Made by a program: the position numbers and the translations under genes. 64,000 nucleotides of DNA from Escherichia phage tuntematon: sequence record NC_052660.1. One strand, 5' to 3'. The notes beneath the pieces were generated by a model. The model saw only the letters and a list, made by a program, of their open reading frames with translations, was not told the origin of the DNA and ran no database searches. This document shows positions 24,590 through 33,863 of this stretch, piece after piece; within the stretch, counting starts at the first letter, position 1, and every line of letters starts with the position of its first letter.

Positions 24590-24883
24590 TCACATTAAGA
24601 CACGTTTTGTGTCGATGGGTGCATTATCAAACATGTTAAGAACATTGTCAAGCAGTTTTACTAATTCGTTTGTAATTTGTTCCTTTGAACGGGAGGAAGT
24701 GAGCACTTTGCTTTCACCAACAATATGCATAACTTTTATAGGAGCGTCTAAAATGATGTTGTGCTGACGATCCTCTTCAAAAGAAGCCAACCATTTCTCA
24801 TTGTTACCGTGCAAGGCTACAATCACACCAAAACCGTTAATTGTTTCAGAAATATTCTTAGTTGCTAAAGTAATGTTCATCAT
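24590..24883 (-). CDS. hypothetical protein, first gene of leftward operon
   Basis: ORF-track ORF adjacent to divergent promoter region. Confidence 0.55.
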   Translation of the reverse strand: MMNITLATKNISETINGFGVIVALHGNNEKWLASFEEDRQHNIILDAPIKVMHIVGESKVLTSSRSKEQITNELVKLLDNVLNMFDNAPIDTKRVLM

Positions 24884-24915
24884 CTACCTCTCTTGTTAAT
24901 GTTCATACATGATAC

Positions 24916-24931
24916 CTGAAAATAATTTCAG
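24916..24931. promoter_or_regulatory. inverted repeat between divergent operons (operator candidate)
   Basis: ctgaaa-ataa-tttcag palindrome. Confidence 0.35.
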
Positions 24932-24939
24932 ATCAAGTG

Positions 24940-24967
24940 TTGACATGCTTTTTAGTCCTGTTAAGAT
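24940..24967 (+). promoter_or_regulatory. sigma70-like promoter of rightward block
   Basis: TTGACA 24940-24945, 16-nt spacer, TAAGAT 24962-24967; RBS GAGAGGAG, ATG 24998. Confidence 0.6.
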
Positions 24968-24997
24968 CAACTCATACAAAACGAGAGGAGAAAACAA

Positions 24998-25426
24998 ATG
25001 CAAAACATGACTTGGACCGAAGCTAAAGAAGCGATGCAGAATGGCAAACGTGTGAAGCACGAATACTTCTGTAGTGATGAGTGGTTTGAGATGCAATACG
25101 GTGTTATTCTGGATGAGCATGGCTACAATATGTCAAACTGGTTCCGAGGGGAAGCTTGGCAAGAACAGGGTTGGTTTGTAATTGAAAAAGAAGACAGTAA
25201 GGAAGAAGGCGTGTTGTCTAATGTAGAACGCGAGATGAGGGAAACAAAGATACCTGCTTTGGATTTTGTATACCTGGAAGAACTTGTGGCAGCATCTTTT
25301 GTAGCAGGAAACCTTTGGAATACACCTGTTAGCCGACTGGAGAACCAAAATAACCCGTCTGCTCGTAATCACAAGCTTTATAAGGGTAAAGGTCACAACA
25401 AATTAAAGAAAGGAAAGAAGAAATGA
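24998..25426 (+). CDS. DUF2829-like protein (Tad2-like candidate) with basic C-terminal tail
   Basis: N-terminus MTWTEAKEAMQNGKRVKHEYF resembles the xFxEALEALKxGKKVRRxGW signature I associate with DUF2829; tail KLYKGKGHNKLKKGKKK. Confidence 0.5.
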   Translation: MQNMTWTEAKEAMQNGKRVKHEYFCSDEWFEMQYGVILDEHGYNMSNWFRGEAWQEQGWFVIEKEDSKEEGVLSNVEREMRETKIPALDFVYLEELVAASFVAGNLWNTPVSRLENQNNPSARNHKLYKGKGHNKLKKGKKK

Positions 25427-25572
25427 TCTACAAAAACAAGTTCACTGGTTGTCTCCGTAAATTTATCGATAAGAAAGGGTTTGTTTCTCTTGACAAGGGT
25501 GTTACGTGGGTGCAAAATGGCACTTCAGAACAACTGATCAAGGCTTTACCTTACTATGAGGAGGTTTTATGA
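25423..25572 (+). CDS. candidate 49-aa protein
   Basis: Hand-translated MIYKNKFTGCLRKFIDKKGFVSLDKGVTWVQNGTSEQLIKALPYYEEVL; ATGA overlaps on both sides; not in ORF track. Confidence 0.4.
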   Translation: MIYKNKFTGCLRKFIDKKGFVSLDKGVTWVQNGTSEQLIKALPYYEEVL

Positions 25573-25829
25573 CACTTTATCACGTAACTACAGAAGGCGA
25601 CTGTGAAGGCCGCACTACAAAAGATTTGGGGTATGTTGAAGCAGATTCACCTGAACATGCTATCAAATACCTGCATTCCATCGGGAAGTATGCGGGTTAT
25701 GAGTATACTATCTACGAGGTTGAAATTATTAACCTTATACAAGTGGCAACTCCTATGGCAGAGTTGAAACATCTTAAGGCAAAAGTAAGACCTGGTGTAG
25801 TGTCCGATTACAAAGGGGAAGTAAAGTGA
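25569..25829 (+). CDS. hypothetical protein
   Basis: ORF-track ORF; RBS GAGGAGG. Confidence 0.55.
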   Translation: MTLYHVTTEGDCEGRTTKDLGYVEADSPEHAIKYLHSIGKYAGYEYTIYEVEIINLIQVATPMAELKHLKAKVRPGVVSDYKGEVK

Positions 25830-26038
25830 GTGGATGGATTAAAGTATCTGGTACCGAGAATGTTCCTATCGGAGAGTGGCTTGTAATCATGGCAAACGGC
25901 AAGAAGGGATTCTGTGAAGTTAACAAAACACGCAATGGCACGATAGCTGTTATCAATGGTCATTTTTATTTTGACTTGGCACCTGTGATCGCATACCATG
26001 CACTACCAACATATGAAGAGGAGATTAACAATGGCTAA
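25826..26038 (+). CDS. hypothetical protein
   Basis: ORF-track ORF, GTG start overlapping previous stop. Confidence 0.5.
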   Translation: MSGWIKVSGTENVPIGEWLVIMANGKKGFCEVNKTRNGTIAVINGHFYFDLAPVIAYHALPTYEEEINNG

Positions 26039-26354
26039 CAAAGAACCACACGTATATACTGCACTGGTAAAGCACTTGAACAAAGAACGTAACAGGATCA
26101 TTGCAGATTATCGTAAATTTAAACGTAGTAGTCTAAATCGTAAATACATGCCACATGCAGCTTTTGACGCTACACGTGCAGTATTTCGTGCAAAGATTGC
26201 GGAAATGGATAATCTGCTTAAGCTTGCACGATTATCTATTCAGGCATCCAAAGTAACAGGGGTCACTCACTTCTTTGACTTCGATACTAAAGCACTATAT
26301 GCACCAGAAGCAGGTGAACAATTGATTTATCTACTTACCAAAAATAAGTGTTGA
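26031..26354 (+). CDS. hypothetical protein (107 aa)
   Basis: Start moved to ATG 26031 (MANKEPHV) behind RBS GAGGAG. Confidence 0.5.
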   Translation: MANKEPHVYTALVKHLNKERNRIIADYRKFKRSSLNRKYMPHAAFDATRAVFRAKIAEMDNLLKLARLSIQASKVTGVTHFFDFDTKALYAPEAGEQLIYLLTKNKC

Positions 26355-26523
26355 CTTTTTTCAAAAAATATGCTACCCTAACCCCGAAGGGTCGAGCGAT
26401 AGCGAGTATAGATTATGTAATAGATTAATCTCTATCGTTAGATGTTCGAAGAATAGAGATTTAAGTACTTGTTCTTATCGGTAGATGATCGTAAGATCAA
26501 GAACAATAATAGGAGAGTATGTT
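26355..26523 (+). promoter_or_regulatory. structured intergenic region with repeats and hairpins
   Basis: Hairpin acccgaagggt; 8-bp inverted repeats atctctat/atagagat and ttgttctt/aagaacaa; direct repeats tagatta x2. Confidence 0.35.
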
Positions 26524-26721
26524 ATGTTAGTCAGTGAAATACTACCTGACTCTAATGGTAATCAGATCACTGTTGATTGGTTTCCTGGTACTGGTACACT
26601 AGATCTAACTGCTGAATGGTCTGGTGATATTTATGGAGAAGGTGTATTATCATTGTCTACAGAACAAATGATCATCCTTCGTGACTTCTTAATTAGTTTA
26701 GATCTAGGAGAAAACAAATGA
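26524..26721 (+). CDS. hypothetical protein (65 aa)
   Basis: Start moved to ATG 26524 (MLVSEIL) behind RBS AGGAGAG. Confidence 0.5.
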   Translation: MLVSEILPDSNGNQITVDWFPGTGTLDLTAEWSGDIYGEGVLSLSTEQMIILRDFLISLDLGENK

Positions 26722-26987
26722 GTAATACTTCTGTTGAGTTTATCGAGAAATCCCCTGTTCCAAAGTTATACCGTTTATCTGAAATTGAACCTATGTCTGT
26801 TTTCTACTACTACGATTCAGAAGTAAGTGAACAAGAACGGGACTACTACTTAGCTACAGATACAGGTGCAGTGTGCTTAACAGGTTCTCGTGCAGGAGAA
26901 TACATTGTGACTAGTCGTTTTAATGAAGCAGATTACTGTTGGGCTAAGGTTGAAACTAAGATTGTCATCAACATCACTAATCATTAA
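26718..26987 (+). CDS. hypothetical protein
   Basis: ORF-track ORF, ATGA overlap. Confidence 0.55.
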   Translation: MSNTSVEFIEKSPVPKLYRLSEIEPMSVFYYYDSEVSEQERDYYLATDTGAVCLTGSRAGEYIVTSRFNEADYCWAKVETKIVINITNH

Positions 26988-27009
26988 GACTAATCTGACA
27001 AAGAGTTAC

Positions 27010-27039
27010 TTGACATGTGCAAAGCTCTTTGTGTAGAAT
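27010..27039 (+). promoter_or_regulatory. sigma70-like promoter flanked by inverted repeat
   Basis: TTGACA 27010-27015, 18-nt spacer, TAGAAT 27034-27039; inverted repeat caaagag (about 26998) / ctctttg (27025-27031) brackets the -35. Confidence 0.5.
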
Positions 27040-27069
27040 AAAGATTCACTTACTAAGGAGATTTTATAA

Positions 27070-27267
27070 ATGGCTACAAAGAAACAGAAAATGAAATGTC
27101 TTACTCTCACTGAACTGGGTCAAGCTTCCAACTGCGTTACTGTTGGTAAGATTTATTCTACAGTTCTTGATAAAGACAACAACAGTTTTACTTTCAAAGA
27201 TGATAACGGAAACCCTCAAGTTGGAATCTACCCTTCCTGTGCTTTTGGTACTTGGGAAAAAGTGTAA
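27070..27267 (+). CDS. hypothetical protein
   Basis: ORF-track ORF; RBS AAGGAG. Confidence 0.55.
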   Translation: MATKKQKMKCLTLTELGQASNCVTVGKIYSTVLDKDNNSFTFKDDNGNPQVGIYPSCAFGTWEKV

Positions 27268-27310
27268 CTAATTAGAGGGTATACTTGTAAACAAGATTAA
27301 GGAGGCATTT

Positions 27311-27484
27311 ATGGGAGATAAACAAAGTAACATCCGTTACGCGCTTTATGGAAGAATGGGTGCAGATTGTGAATGGATGCTTCTGTCGCAACGTATACCC
27401 TCTTACAAAGAGGCTCTTGAAAAAAGAGACTATTACAAACAAACATGGCGTTTTGTCATTTGTAAACACTATTTGGAGGCGTGA
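27311..27484 (+). CDS. candidate 57-aa protein
   Basis: Hand-translated MGDKQSNIRYALYGRMGADCEWMLLSQRIPSYKEALEKRDYYKQTWRFVICKHYLEA; RBS AAGGAGGC; not in ORF track. Confidence 0.4.
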   Translation: MGDKQSNIRYALYGRMGADCEWMLLSQRIPSYKEALEKRDYYKQTWRFVICKHYLEA

Positions 27485-27792
27485 TGAGTACATTATCATT
27501 AGCAGTTATGGTACATCAACAGTATGAAGAAGCTGTGAAAGATTCAGAAAACCCTTCTACATTGGTGTTTGAAGATCGGACTGGTCTTAAATGGGTAGAA
27601 TCTGGGGATGAACTCTACTTTTGGTATCCACAAGGTTGCACAAGTAATTCTAATTTGTATAGTTATGAATTGGAGTATCGTGCGCCTGTAGACGAAGATG
27701 ATAATTACATCATGTATTATGTTAATAATGGTTGCGGTGAAACGTTTAATGTAGTATTCTCTAAAGCCTTGAAGTCCGACGAGGAGATGTAA
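27484..27792 (+). CDS. hypothetical protein, tandem paralog 1
   Basis: TLSLAV...AVKD...YRAPV.EDD.YIMYYVNNGCGE aligns with 27792..28097. Confidence 0.55.
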   Translation: MSTLSLAVMVHQQYEEAVKDSENPSTLVFEDRTGLKWVESGDELYFWYPQGCTSNSNLYSYELEYRAPVDEDDNYIMYYVNNGCGETFNVVFSKALKSDEEM

Positions 27793-28097
27793 TGCGGCAC
27801 AATACGACTTTAAGTTTGGCAGTTGCAGCCCACATGCTGTACAATGATTCTGTGAAGGATGAGTTGTCGCCTGTGAGTTTAGCTTTCTATCTGATAGATA
27901 GGGATTGGATGTTCTCTGGTGAGGATGAAATCTACTACGTAAATTCACGCGGTTTTATTGAAAGTTTTGAACTTGAACATCGCGCACCAACAGCAGAAGA
28001 TGATCGTTTTATTATGTTCTGTGTAAATGATGGTTACGGAGAGGTATATGACGTAGTATTCTTCAAAAACCGACAGAAGACTGAAGAGGAATTCTAA
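27792..28097 (+). CDS. hypothetical protein, tandem paralog 2
   Basis: TLSLAV...SVKD...HRAPTAEDDRFIMFCVNDGYGE aligns with 27484..27792. Confidence 0.55.
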   Translation: MRHNTTLSLAVAAHMLYNDSVKDELSPVSLAFYLIDRDWMFSGEDEIYYVNSRGFIESFELEHRAPTAEDDRFIMFCVNDGYGEVYDVVFFKNRQKTEEEF

Positions 28098-28460
28098 ATG
28101 AAAAGGCTACTTTGTGTCCTGATGTTGATGATTGCGACCAATGCTACAGCCGCCCGTGATGGTTTCAAGATTGGGGTGGAAGGTAGCCAATTCTTCACTT
28201 GGTATGGTGGTGAAGCTGTCTACCAGGTGGATGATAAAAAGTATAACTGTAAGTTTGATCGTATAGATCGTGGAGTGGATAATTGGGGTGACGCTTACAA
28301 AGCCACAGGTTTCTATTGCACAAAAGATTTATATATTACAGTCAAAGAACCACAAGACAACAGAAAGGTGTTGTTCATTGTGCTAAACCCTGCTAAATTT
28401 GAAGAACGTAAAGCTTACTATGCAGATATGTTCATTGAATACAAAAAGGAGGAAAAATGA
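28098..28460 (+). CDS. secreted protein (signal peptide)
   Basis: MKRLLCVLMLMIATNATAARD looks like a signal peptide. Confidence 0.6.
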   Translation: MKRLLCVLMLMIATNATAARDGFKIGVEGSQFFTWYGGEAVYQVDDKKYNCKFDRIDRGVDNWGDAYKATGFYCTKDLYITVKEPQDNRKVLFIVLNPAKFEERKAYYADMFIEYKKEEK

Positions 28461-28819
28461 GAGAAACAATCGTAGATGTTGTTATTAATGGTCAACGTTA
28501 TGTGCCTGTTGTAGAGAAAGCTGAACCAGATGCTTTAGATGTTGTTTTTGAAGACGATGATCTTGGCACTGTTACTGTGCGTGAATATTTCAGACGACTG
28601 CTCTCTACGCTTTGGGAAGAAGAAGATAGCTTCAGTGGAAAACGCCCTTTCGGTAACTCTTGCTGGCAGTTCGATTTGATTATTGGTTTGATCGATGCTG
28701 GGTACCTGGAAGGTAAAGTTTATCGTGACGAAGATGGTGGTATAGAAGATACCGACTATGATCGCGAAGAAGCAGATAAACTCATCCAGGGTCTGATCGC
28801 ACGTATGTGTTTAGGTTAA
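28457..28819 (+). CDS. hypothetical acidic protein
   Basis: ORF-track ORF. Confidence 0.55.
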   Translation: MRETIVDVVINGQRYVPVVEKAEPDALDVVFEDDDLGTVTVREYFRRLLSTLWEEEDSFSGKRPFGNSCWQFDLIIGLIDAGYLEGKVYRDEDGGIEDTDYDREEADKLIQGLIARMCLG

Positions 28820-28820
28820 T

Positions 28821-29189
28821 ATGAAGGTATTAAACTTTTACCATTTAGGCAAAACAATCCCAGAGGGTGCTGTTTATATTGGTAGAGCAATGCCACATAT
28901 GGGACTAAAAGCCTCTAAGTTTGCAAATCCTTTTAAGTTAAAAGATGATGAACCACGAGGATCAACCATACAAAGGTATAAAGAGTGGTTGTGGGAGCAA
29001 ATTCGTTGTGGTAAGATCACTCTTGAAGATTTATTAGAGTTAGAAGGGAAAGATTTAGTTTGCTTCTGCTCACCTCAACCTTGTCATGGAGATGTATTGG
29101 TAGCAGCCGTAGCTTGGGCTAGAAAAGAGTGGGACAAAAGGCATCCTACTTATGTAGACAATTATTGGATTTGGGAGGAGAATTTTTGA
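28821..29189 (+). CDS. hypothetical protein with conserved Cys/His motif
   Basis: Motif FANPF...CFCSPQPCHGDVL; family not assigned. Confidence 0.55.
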   Translation: MKVLNFYHLGKTIPEGAVYIGRAMPHMGLKASKFANPFKLKDDEPRGSTIQRYKEWLWEQIRCGKITLEDLLELEGKDLVCFCSPQPCHGDVLVAAVAWARKEWDKRHPTYVDNYWIWEENF

Positions 29190-29539
29190 AAAATATTATT
29201 GATGTAGATGTGTTTGGTATCACAACACTACAAGACAAACAAGCAACATTGTATTATCATAAAAAAGAGGACCAAGCTTACATCTACATCGGGGCAGAAA
29301 AGTTTGGTGTCGGAGATATGGTTTTAAATGTTGAAGGAGATCTTCCTTTAGAACAAAAGTTGAAAGTTTTTCGTTTCACAGGAGATGTTAAACTAGACGG
29401 CGTTATCGCAATCCTACAAGAAGACCATTATTATATGGTAACTTTCGTTACTCCTGCTTTCTCTGGCCTTAATGGAGAAGAAGCTCTTAATGATGTTATT
29501 ATCTTAAAGATTGGTAATGCTCTAAACGATGTAAACTAA
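29186..29539 (+). CDS. hypothetical protein (117 aa)
   Basis: Start moved to TTG 29186 behind RBS GGAGGAG; ORF-track start at 29129 overlaps previous gene. Confidence 0.45.
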   Translation: MKNIIDVDVFGITTLQDKQATLYYHKKEDQAYIYIGAEKFGVGDMVLNVEGDLPLEQKLKVFRFTGDVKLDGVIAILQEDHYYMVTFVTPAFSGLNGEEALNDVIILKIGNALNDVN

Positions 29540-29546
29540 AGGGGGA

Positions 29547-30062
29547 GTGAGTATGTTCTTTGATGCAAATTCTCTTTTTGTATCTACAGCAGGGCAATCT
29601 GCTGTTAATGCAGAATTTGAGGAAAGAGAAGAATGGATTGATAATCACAACTACGATCCAAGTAATTTAAACTGGTGCAGTTTGGATGTTGGTAATCTTA
29701 GTAGAGATAATGCACTTAGAGCATACTACTCTGTATATACTGTTGACAATCTTTATCAATACTACGTGTTTCGTAGTCTTATTGTTAATCTTAATTTAGC
29801 TGGACGTTTAAAGAACAATAAGGCATTCACATTGGGACATTATATTCCCTTCCGTAAAGGTGGTGTGCATTTTCCATGCAATTGGATTATTCAAACACGA
29901 AAAGAAAACAGTTTAGCAGGAGACACCATGCCAAGATTTAAAGATAAGTGGACATGGGAAAAACAAATGGGGTACATTAATGCACATTTGCCACCTAATC
30001 TAAAAGAACCTTATGCCAGCAGAGCTAAGGAAATGATGAGGATTGTCAAGAGTTTTTATTAA
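29547..30062 (+). CDS. hypothetical protein
   Basis: ORF-track ORF; RBS AAGGGGGAG. Confidence 0.55.
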   Translation: MSMFFDANSLFVSTAGQSAVNAEFEEREEWIDNHNYDPSNLNWCSLDVGNLSRDNALRAYYSVYTVDNLYQYYVFRSLIVNLNLAGRLKNNKAFTLGHYIPFRKGGVHFPCNWIIQTRKENSLAGDTMPRFKDKWTWEKQMGYINAHLPPNLKEPYASRAKEMMRIVKSFY

Positions 30063-30076
30063 GAGAGGAGAAATAC

Positions 30077-31669
30077 GTGTCTACACAATTGAGTTTTACA
30101 CCTACCGAGGAACAATACGCTATTGAAAGCGGGTATAAAGAAAATCGTTTCGTTACAATTCAAGCTAAATCTGGATCAGGTAAAACGTCAACACTATATA
30201 TGTTGGCTAATGGCACAAATGATAGTATTCTATACTTGGCGTTTAACAAAAGTATGGCAGAGGAAGCTCGGCGTAAAATGCCGCCTAACGTTATGTGCCG
30301 AACGCTACATTCAATCTGTTACCAGCGTCTTCCACAAAACCTTCGACACAAATTATCTCGTCCAGAAGGTCAATATGTTAACGTAGCTGGAACTGGTAGT
30401 GAGATTGCCAAAAAATTCAAGATTCAGAACTTGATTGATAAGAATGGTAAAGTGCTACTGACTCGTGCAATGATCGGGTTAATGGTAAAACAAACTTTAG
30501 CTAAATATGAGTTTTCTGACGATGAACATATTGGACATAAACATTTTCCTAAAGTGCATATGTCAGATCTTAAACGTAAGAACATCAACGAACAAAAACT
30601 TATTAACGAAGTTGTTAAATATGCGAAGCAACTTTGGCGTGAGCGTATCGATCCTAAATCAGAAACCATTATGACTCATGACACCTATGTGAAACTCTTT
30701 GAATTGAGCAAAGAAGACTTAGGATACGATATTATTTTTGGAGATGAATTCCAGGATGTTAACCCTGCATTCCTGTCTATCCTTCGCAATGCTAAATCGG
30801 CTAAACGTATTGTTGTTGTGGGTGATGAATTTCAGAGTATTTATCAGTTCCGTGGAAGCCAGAACATGATGAAGCAAACGGCTACATATGGGGTTGAGTT
30901 GCCTCTGACAGCTTGTTTTCGCTTTGGTCCTAAAGTTGCGGACATTGCTAATGCGATCCTTTCTGATCGTTCACCTCTGAAGCATCCGCTGGTAGGCAAA
31001 GGTTATGATACTGTCACTGGAAGTTTTCATTCTGATGTGGTAGATTATAGTAAACCTTACACCATTATTTTCCGTAAGAATTTGACTCTGTTGCTCGAAG
31101 CTATGGACCGAATTGCTAACGGAGAAGAGATTATTATTAACGTAGATACCAAAGATTTCATTTCTATGGTTGATAGTGTTAATGCTTTACGTAGAGGCGA
31201 TTTGGACAAAGTTAAGCATGAGACAGTTCTCCCTTACACCTCTTGGGAAGAATTTGTAGAGTGTGCAGAATCAGATCCTGATGCAAAACGACTTTTAAAC
31301 ATTGTTGTTTCTGGTAAAGCTAATAATATTGCATACACTTTACGTATGCACCGTAACTCTCCAACGGCTAAAGTTACTTTAACTACAGCCCACAAATCAA
31401 AAGGTTTGGAGTGGGATCAGGTTATTGTTGCAAATGACTTCCCTTCCAATTATGATAAGAAGGGTGAGTGGGTAGGTCTTGAAGAATCAGAACGAAATCT
31501 TCTGTATGTTGCACATACACGTTGTATTAAATGTCTGCAATGGAACCGGACTGTTCAAGAGATTTTAGACATGCATCGTTTAGGTAAGAGCACGGCTCCT
31601 GTATCCGAAGAAGATAAGCTTATAGCTGCCCTTGCTCGTAAGATTAATCAAATCAGAGAGGATCGTTAA
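30077..31669 (+). CDS. SF1 DNA helicase, UvrD/Rep/PcrA family
   Basis: Walker A AKSGSGKT, motif II FGDEFQDVNP, motif III VVVGDEFQSIYQFRGS, motif V/VI TTAHKSKGLEWDQVIV. Confidence 0.85.
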   Translation: MSTQLSFTPTEEQYAIESGYKENRFVTIQAKSGSGKTSTLYMLANGTNDSILYLAFNKSMAEEARRKMPPNVMCRTLHSICYQRLPQNLRHKLSRPEGQYVNVAGTGSEIAKKFKIQNLIDKNGKVLLTRAMIGLMVKQTLAKYEFSDDEHIGHKHFPKVHMSDLKRKNINEQKLINEVVKYAKQLWRERIDPKSETIMTHDTYVKLFELSKEDLGYDIIFGDEFQDVNPAFLSILRNAKSAKRIVVVGDEFQSIYQFRGSQNMMKQTATYGVELPLTACFRFGPKVADIANAILSDRSPLKHPLVGKGYDTVTGSFHSDVVDYSKPYTIIFRKNLTLLLEAMDRIANGEEIIINVDTKDFISMVDSVNALRRGDLDKVKHETVLPYTSWEEFVECAESDPDAKRLLNIVVSGKANNIAYTLRMHRNSPTAKVTLTTAHKSKGLEWDQVIVANDFPSNYDKKGEWVGLEESERNLLYVAHTRCIKCLQWNRTVQEILDMHRLGKSTAPVSEEDKLIAALARKINQIREDR

Positions 31670-31921
31670 ATGGCGGGGTATCACATAACAGACATTAAGA
31701 AACAACCTTATGGCAGCATAGAAAAGATTAAAGAGGAAGTAGAAGAACTTTTTGATGCTGTTGAGCAGGATTGCAAAATAATGCAACTTGTTGAATTGTC
31801 AGATATTATAGGTGCTGTCGAGGGAGTTTTAGAACAACAGTTCCCAGATATGACTTTACAAGATTTGATCATTATGTCAAACATTACTAAACGTGCGTTT
31901 CGCACAGGAGGAAGGTCATGA
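31670..31921 (+). CDS. small acidic protein, possibly MazG-like NTP pyrophosphohydrolase
   Basis: 83 aa with EEVEELFDAVEQD...ELSDIIGAV; weak pattern match only. Confidence 0.35.
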   Translation: MAGYHITDIKKQPYGSIEKIKEEVEELFDAVEQDCKIMQLVELSDIIGAVEGVLEQQFPDMTLQDLIIMSNITKRAFRTGGRS

Positions 31922-32475
31922 ACACAGGTGTGATTGCCGAAGCCATCCAGAGTTATGGACGCTTTGCTGAAATGTTAGATGTTCCTTATTTAGTGGATGC
32001 AGATATTTTGGCATTCACACTGCCACCTGGCAAAGAAGATGCTCCTTTGGGGCATCCTAATGGGAAGTTTTATGTTGCCAGTGCCGAGCAATCATTCTTG
32101 CAAATGGAAAAGGATGGCTACGAGTTTATCGCTGGTCATCCCTACATGGCCCTGACACCATGTTACCGCACAGAGGAAGTGTTGGATGATTCTCACTTCA
32201 ACATCTTCTTGAAGCTGGAGTTGATTGAGTTCTATCCCAGCTTTGGTGAAGTGAAAGAGTATGCCGAAGAAATGCGATACTTCTTCTGGACCTACTACAA
32301 AGTCCAAACAAGAATTGTAGAAACAGAAATAGGGCTTGACGTGGAAGACATGAATGGTTTAGAATTAGGGTCATTCGGAACAAGATTGTCCCCACAAGGT
32401 CATCCATATATTTATGCAACAGCCATAGCCGAACCTCGTGCATCTATGGCAATTAACAGGAGGAATCATGATTAA
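31918..32475 (+). CDS. hypothetical protein
   Basis: ORF-track ORF. Confidence 0.55.
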   Translation: MNTGVIAEAIQSYGRFAEMLDVPYLVDADILAFTLPPGKEDAPLGHPNGKFYVASAEQSFLQMEKDGYEFIAGHPYMALTPCYRTEEVLDDSHFNIFLKLELIEFYPSFGEVKEYAEEMRYFFWTYYKVQTRIVETEIGLDVEDMNGLELGSFGTRLSPQGHPYIYATAIAEPRASMAINRRNHD

Positions 32476-33856
32476 TAAATTTGCCCGTAAACAGGAAGTT
32501 GCTGAAGCAGCACGTCGCGCTGGTGTGTATGACAAATTGTGTGAAGGTATTGTGAAGGTGTATGGCTGGGAGGGAGAAGATGATCCAACCTGTTCAGGTG
32601 ATTTTGCAATGAACGATATGACCTTCCCATATATTTCCTACAATGCCTCCACTGGTGAAATAAACGGTGTAACCAGCACCAGTGTTGATCGTTATCCAGA
32701 CGCAGAACAAACCACAGGAGGTTACATGTTAGATCTGATTCTTAAGAAATCAGGGTTATTGGGAATCGAAGACGTTTTCGTAGATGCAGATAGTTTATCA
32801 TTAGGAGATGTTGTTAAACTACTGGTAGACTTTAGATTTGCAACAGGTAAAAGCTTCTGGAAGCCAGAAGATGCTGAACGTTTGAAGACAATCGACCCAA
32901 GTATGTATGAACTGCCACAATATAAAGATAAACAATTCCGCAAGGTTATCTTCTTTGATCGTCAAGCAGGTTTAGATGCAATGCATATTGAAGTTGGGGA
33001 TTTACCACGCCCACACTCTGCTGCTACTGGTGATCGCAGCCTTGTAGAAGTCACGGCCCAAGAATTTAAAAATATGTTTGCTGCGAAATACGATGAAGCT
33101 GCGCCTGTGCCAAGTATTGAGGAGCAAGAGGAAGAACAGTTTGTAGCGGAAGATACTGCATTTGAATATCTGCCGAACACAGGTGTTATGCCTTCAGAAG
33201 ATTTCGTGCAGGTTCGCTTCAACAATGGTCAAACAGATGTTGCTAAGGGAACAGTATTCACTTGGAATATCGACAATCTGGAAGAGTGGGCGATTAAAGA
33301 ATACTTCATTCTCCCGCGCACGGCAAAATACAACTATAATAATGGTGGACACCGCCCTTGTGGTGGTCACGTAGAAGTTCTCTTTCGTGACGGAACTACG
33401 GATAGTGGATCGGCTACGCATTTCACTTGGGGTCATGTTGGATATGATCGGGATATTGTTGGTTGGCTTCCAACTAACAACCCTAAACCACGTTACCGTA
33501 AGCCTCGTAAGAAGCCGCCAGTAGGTAAGAAGAGTGTTGTTCGTGTCCTTTACACTACACAGCAGACATACACATTTAAAAATGTGGTAGACGTGCAAGT
33601 GACCGAGGAGCGAGTTTATATCCAATATGATCGTGAAGTTACAGAGGGTATTAAAGAATCGGTTACTACCGAAATTGAAAATAAGCTTGTTATGGCAATC
33701 ATTGTTGAAGAAAGTAAAGTAGAGAACGGTAAAGCCTACACTGTTCGTGATAGCTTCTTGCGTAACATTGATGGAACTTGGGATTATAATGGACACGATG
33801 GGACCGCTGTAAAGAACGGTAAGATCATGGGAAGACAATTCCTCTCCAAACGATAA
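32468..33856 (+). CDS. hypothetical protein (462 aa)
   Basis: Start moved to ATG 32468 behind RBS AGGAGG; basic segment PRYRKPRKKPPVGKK. Confidence 0.55.
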   Translation: MINKFARKQEVAEAARRAGVYDKLCEGIVKVYGWEGEDDPTCSGDFAMNDMTFPYISYNASTGEINGVTSTSVDRYPDAEQTTGGYMLDLILKKSGLLGIEDVFVDADSLSLGDVVKLLVDFRFATGKSFWKPEDAERLKTIDPSMYELPQYKDKQFRKVIFFDRQAGLDAMHIEVGDLPRPHSAATGDRSLVEVTAQEFKNMFAAKYDEAAPVPSIEEQEEEQFVAEDTAFEYLPNTGVMPSEDFVQVRFNNGQTDVAKGTVFTWNIDNLEEWAIKEYFILPRTAKYNYNNGGHRPCGGHVEVLFRDGTTDSGSATHFTWGHVGYDRDIVGWLPTNNPKPRYRKPRKKPPVGKKSVVRVLYTTQQTYTFKNVVDVQVTEERVYIQYDREVTEGIKESVTTEIENKLVMAIIVEESKVENGKAYTVRDSFLRNIDGTWDYNGHDGTAVKNGKIMGRQFLSKR

Positions 33857-33863
33857 AACTTAA

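Noticed and set aside
33194-33838. 214-aa minus-strand ORF (plus 32722..32943 and 32962..33225) inside gene 32468..33856
   Set aside because: Entirely antisense to a long co-directional gene; Ser/Asn-rich low-complexity translation.
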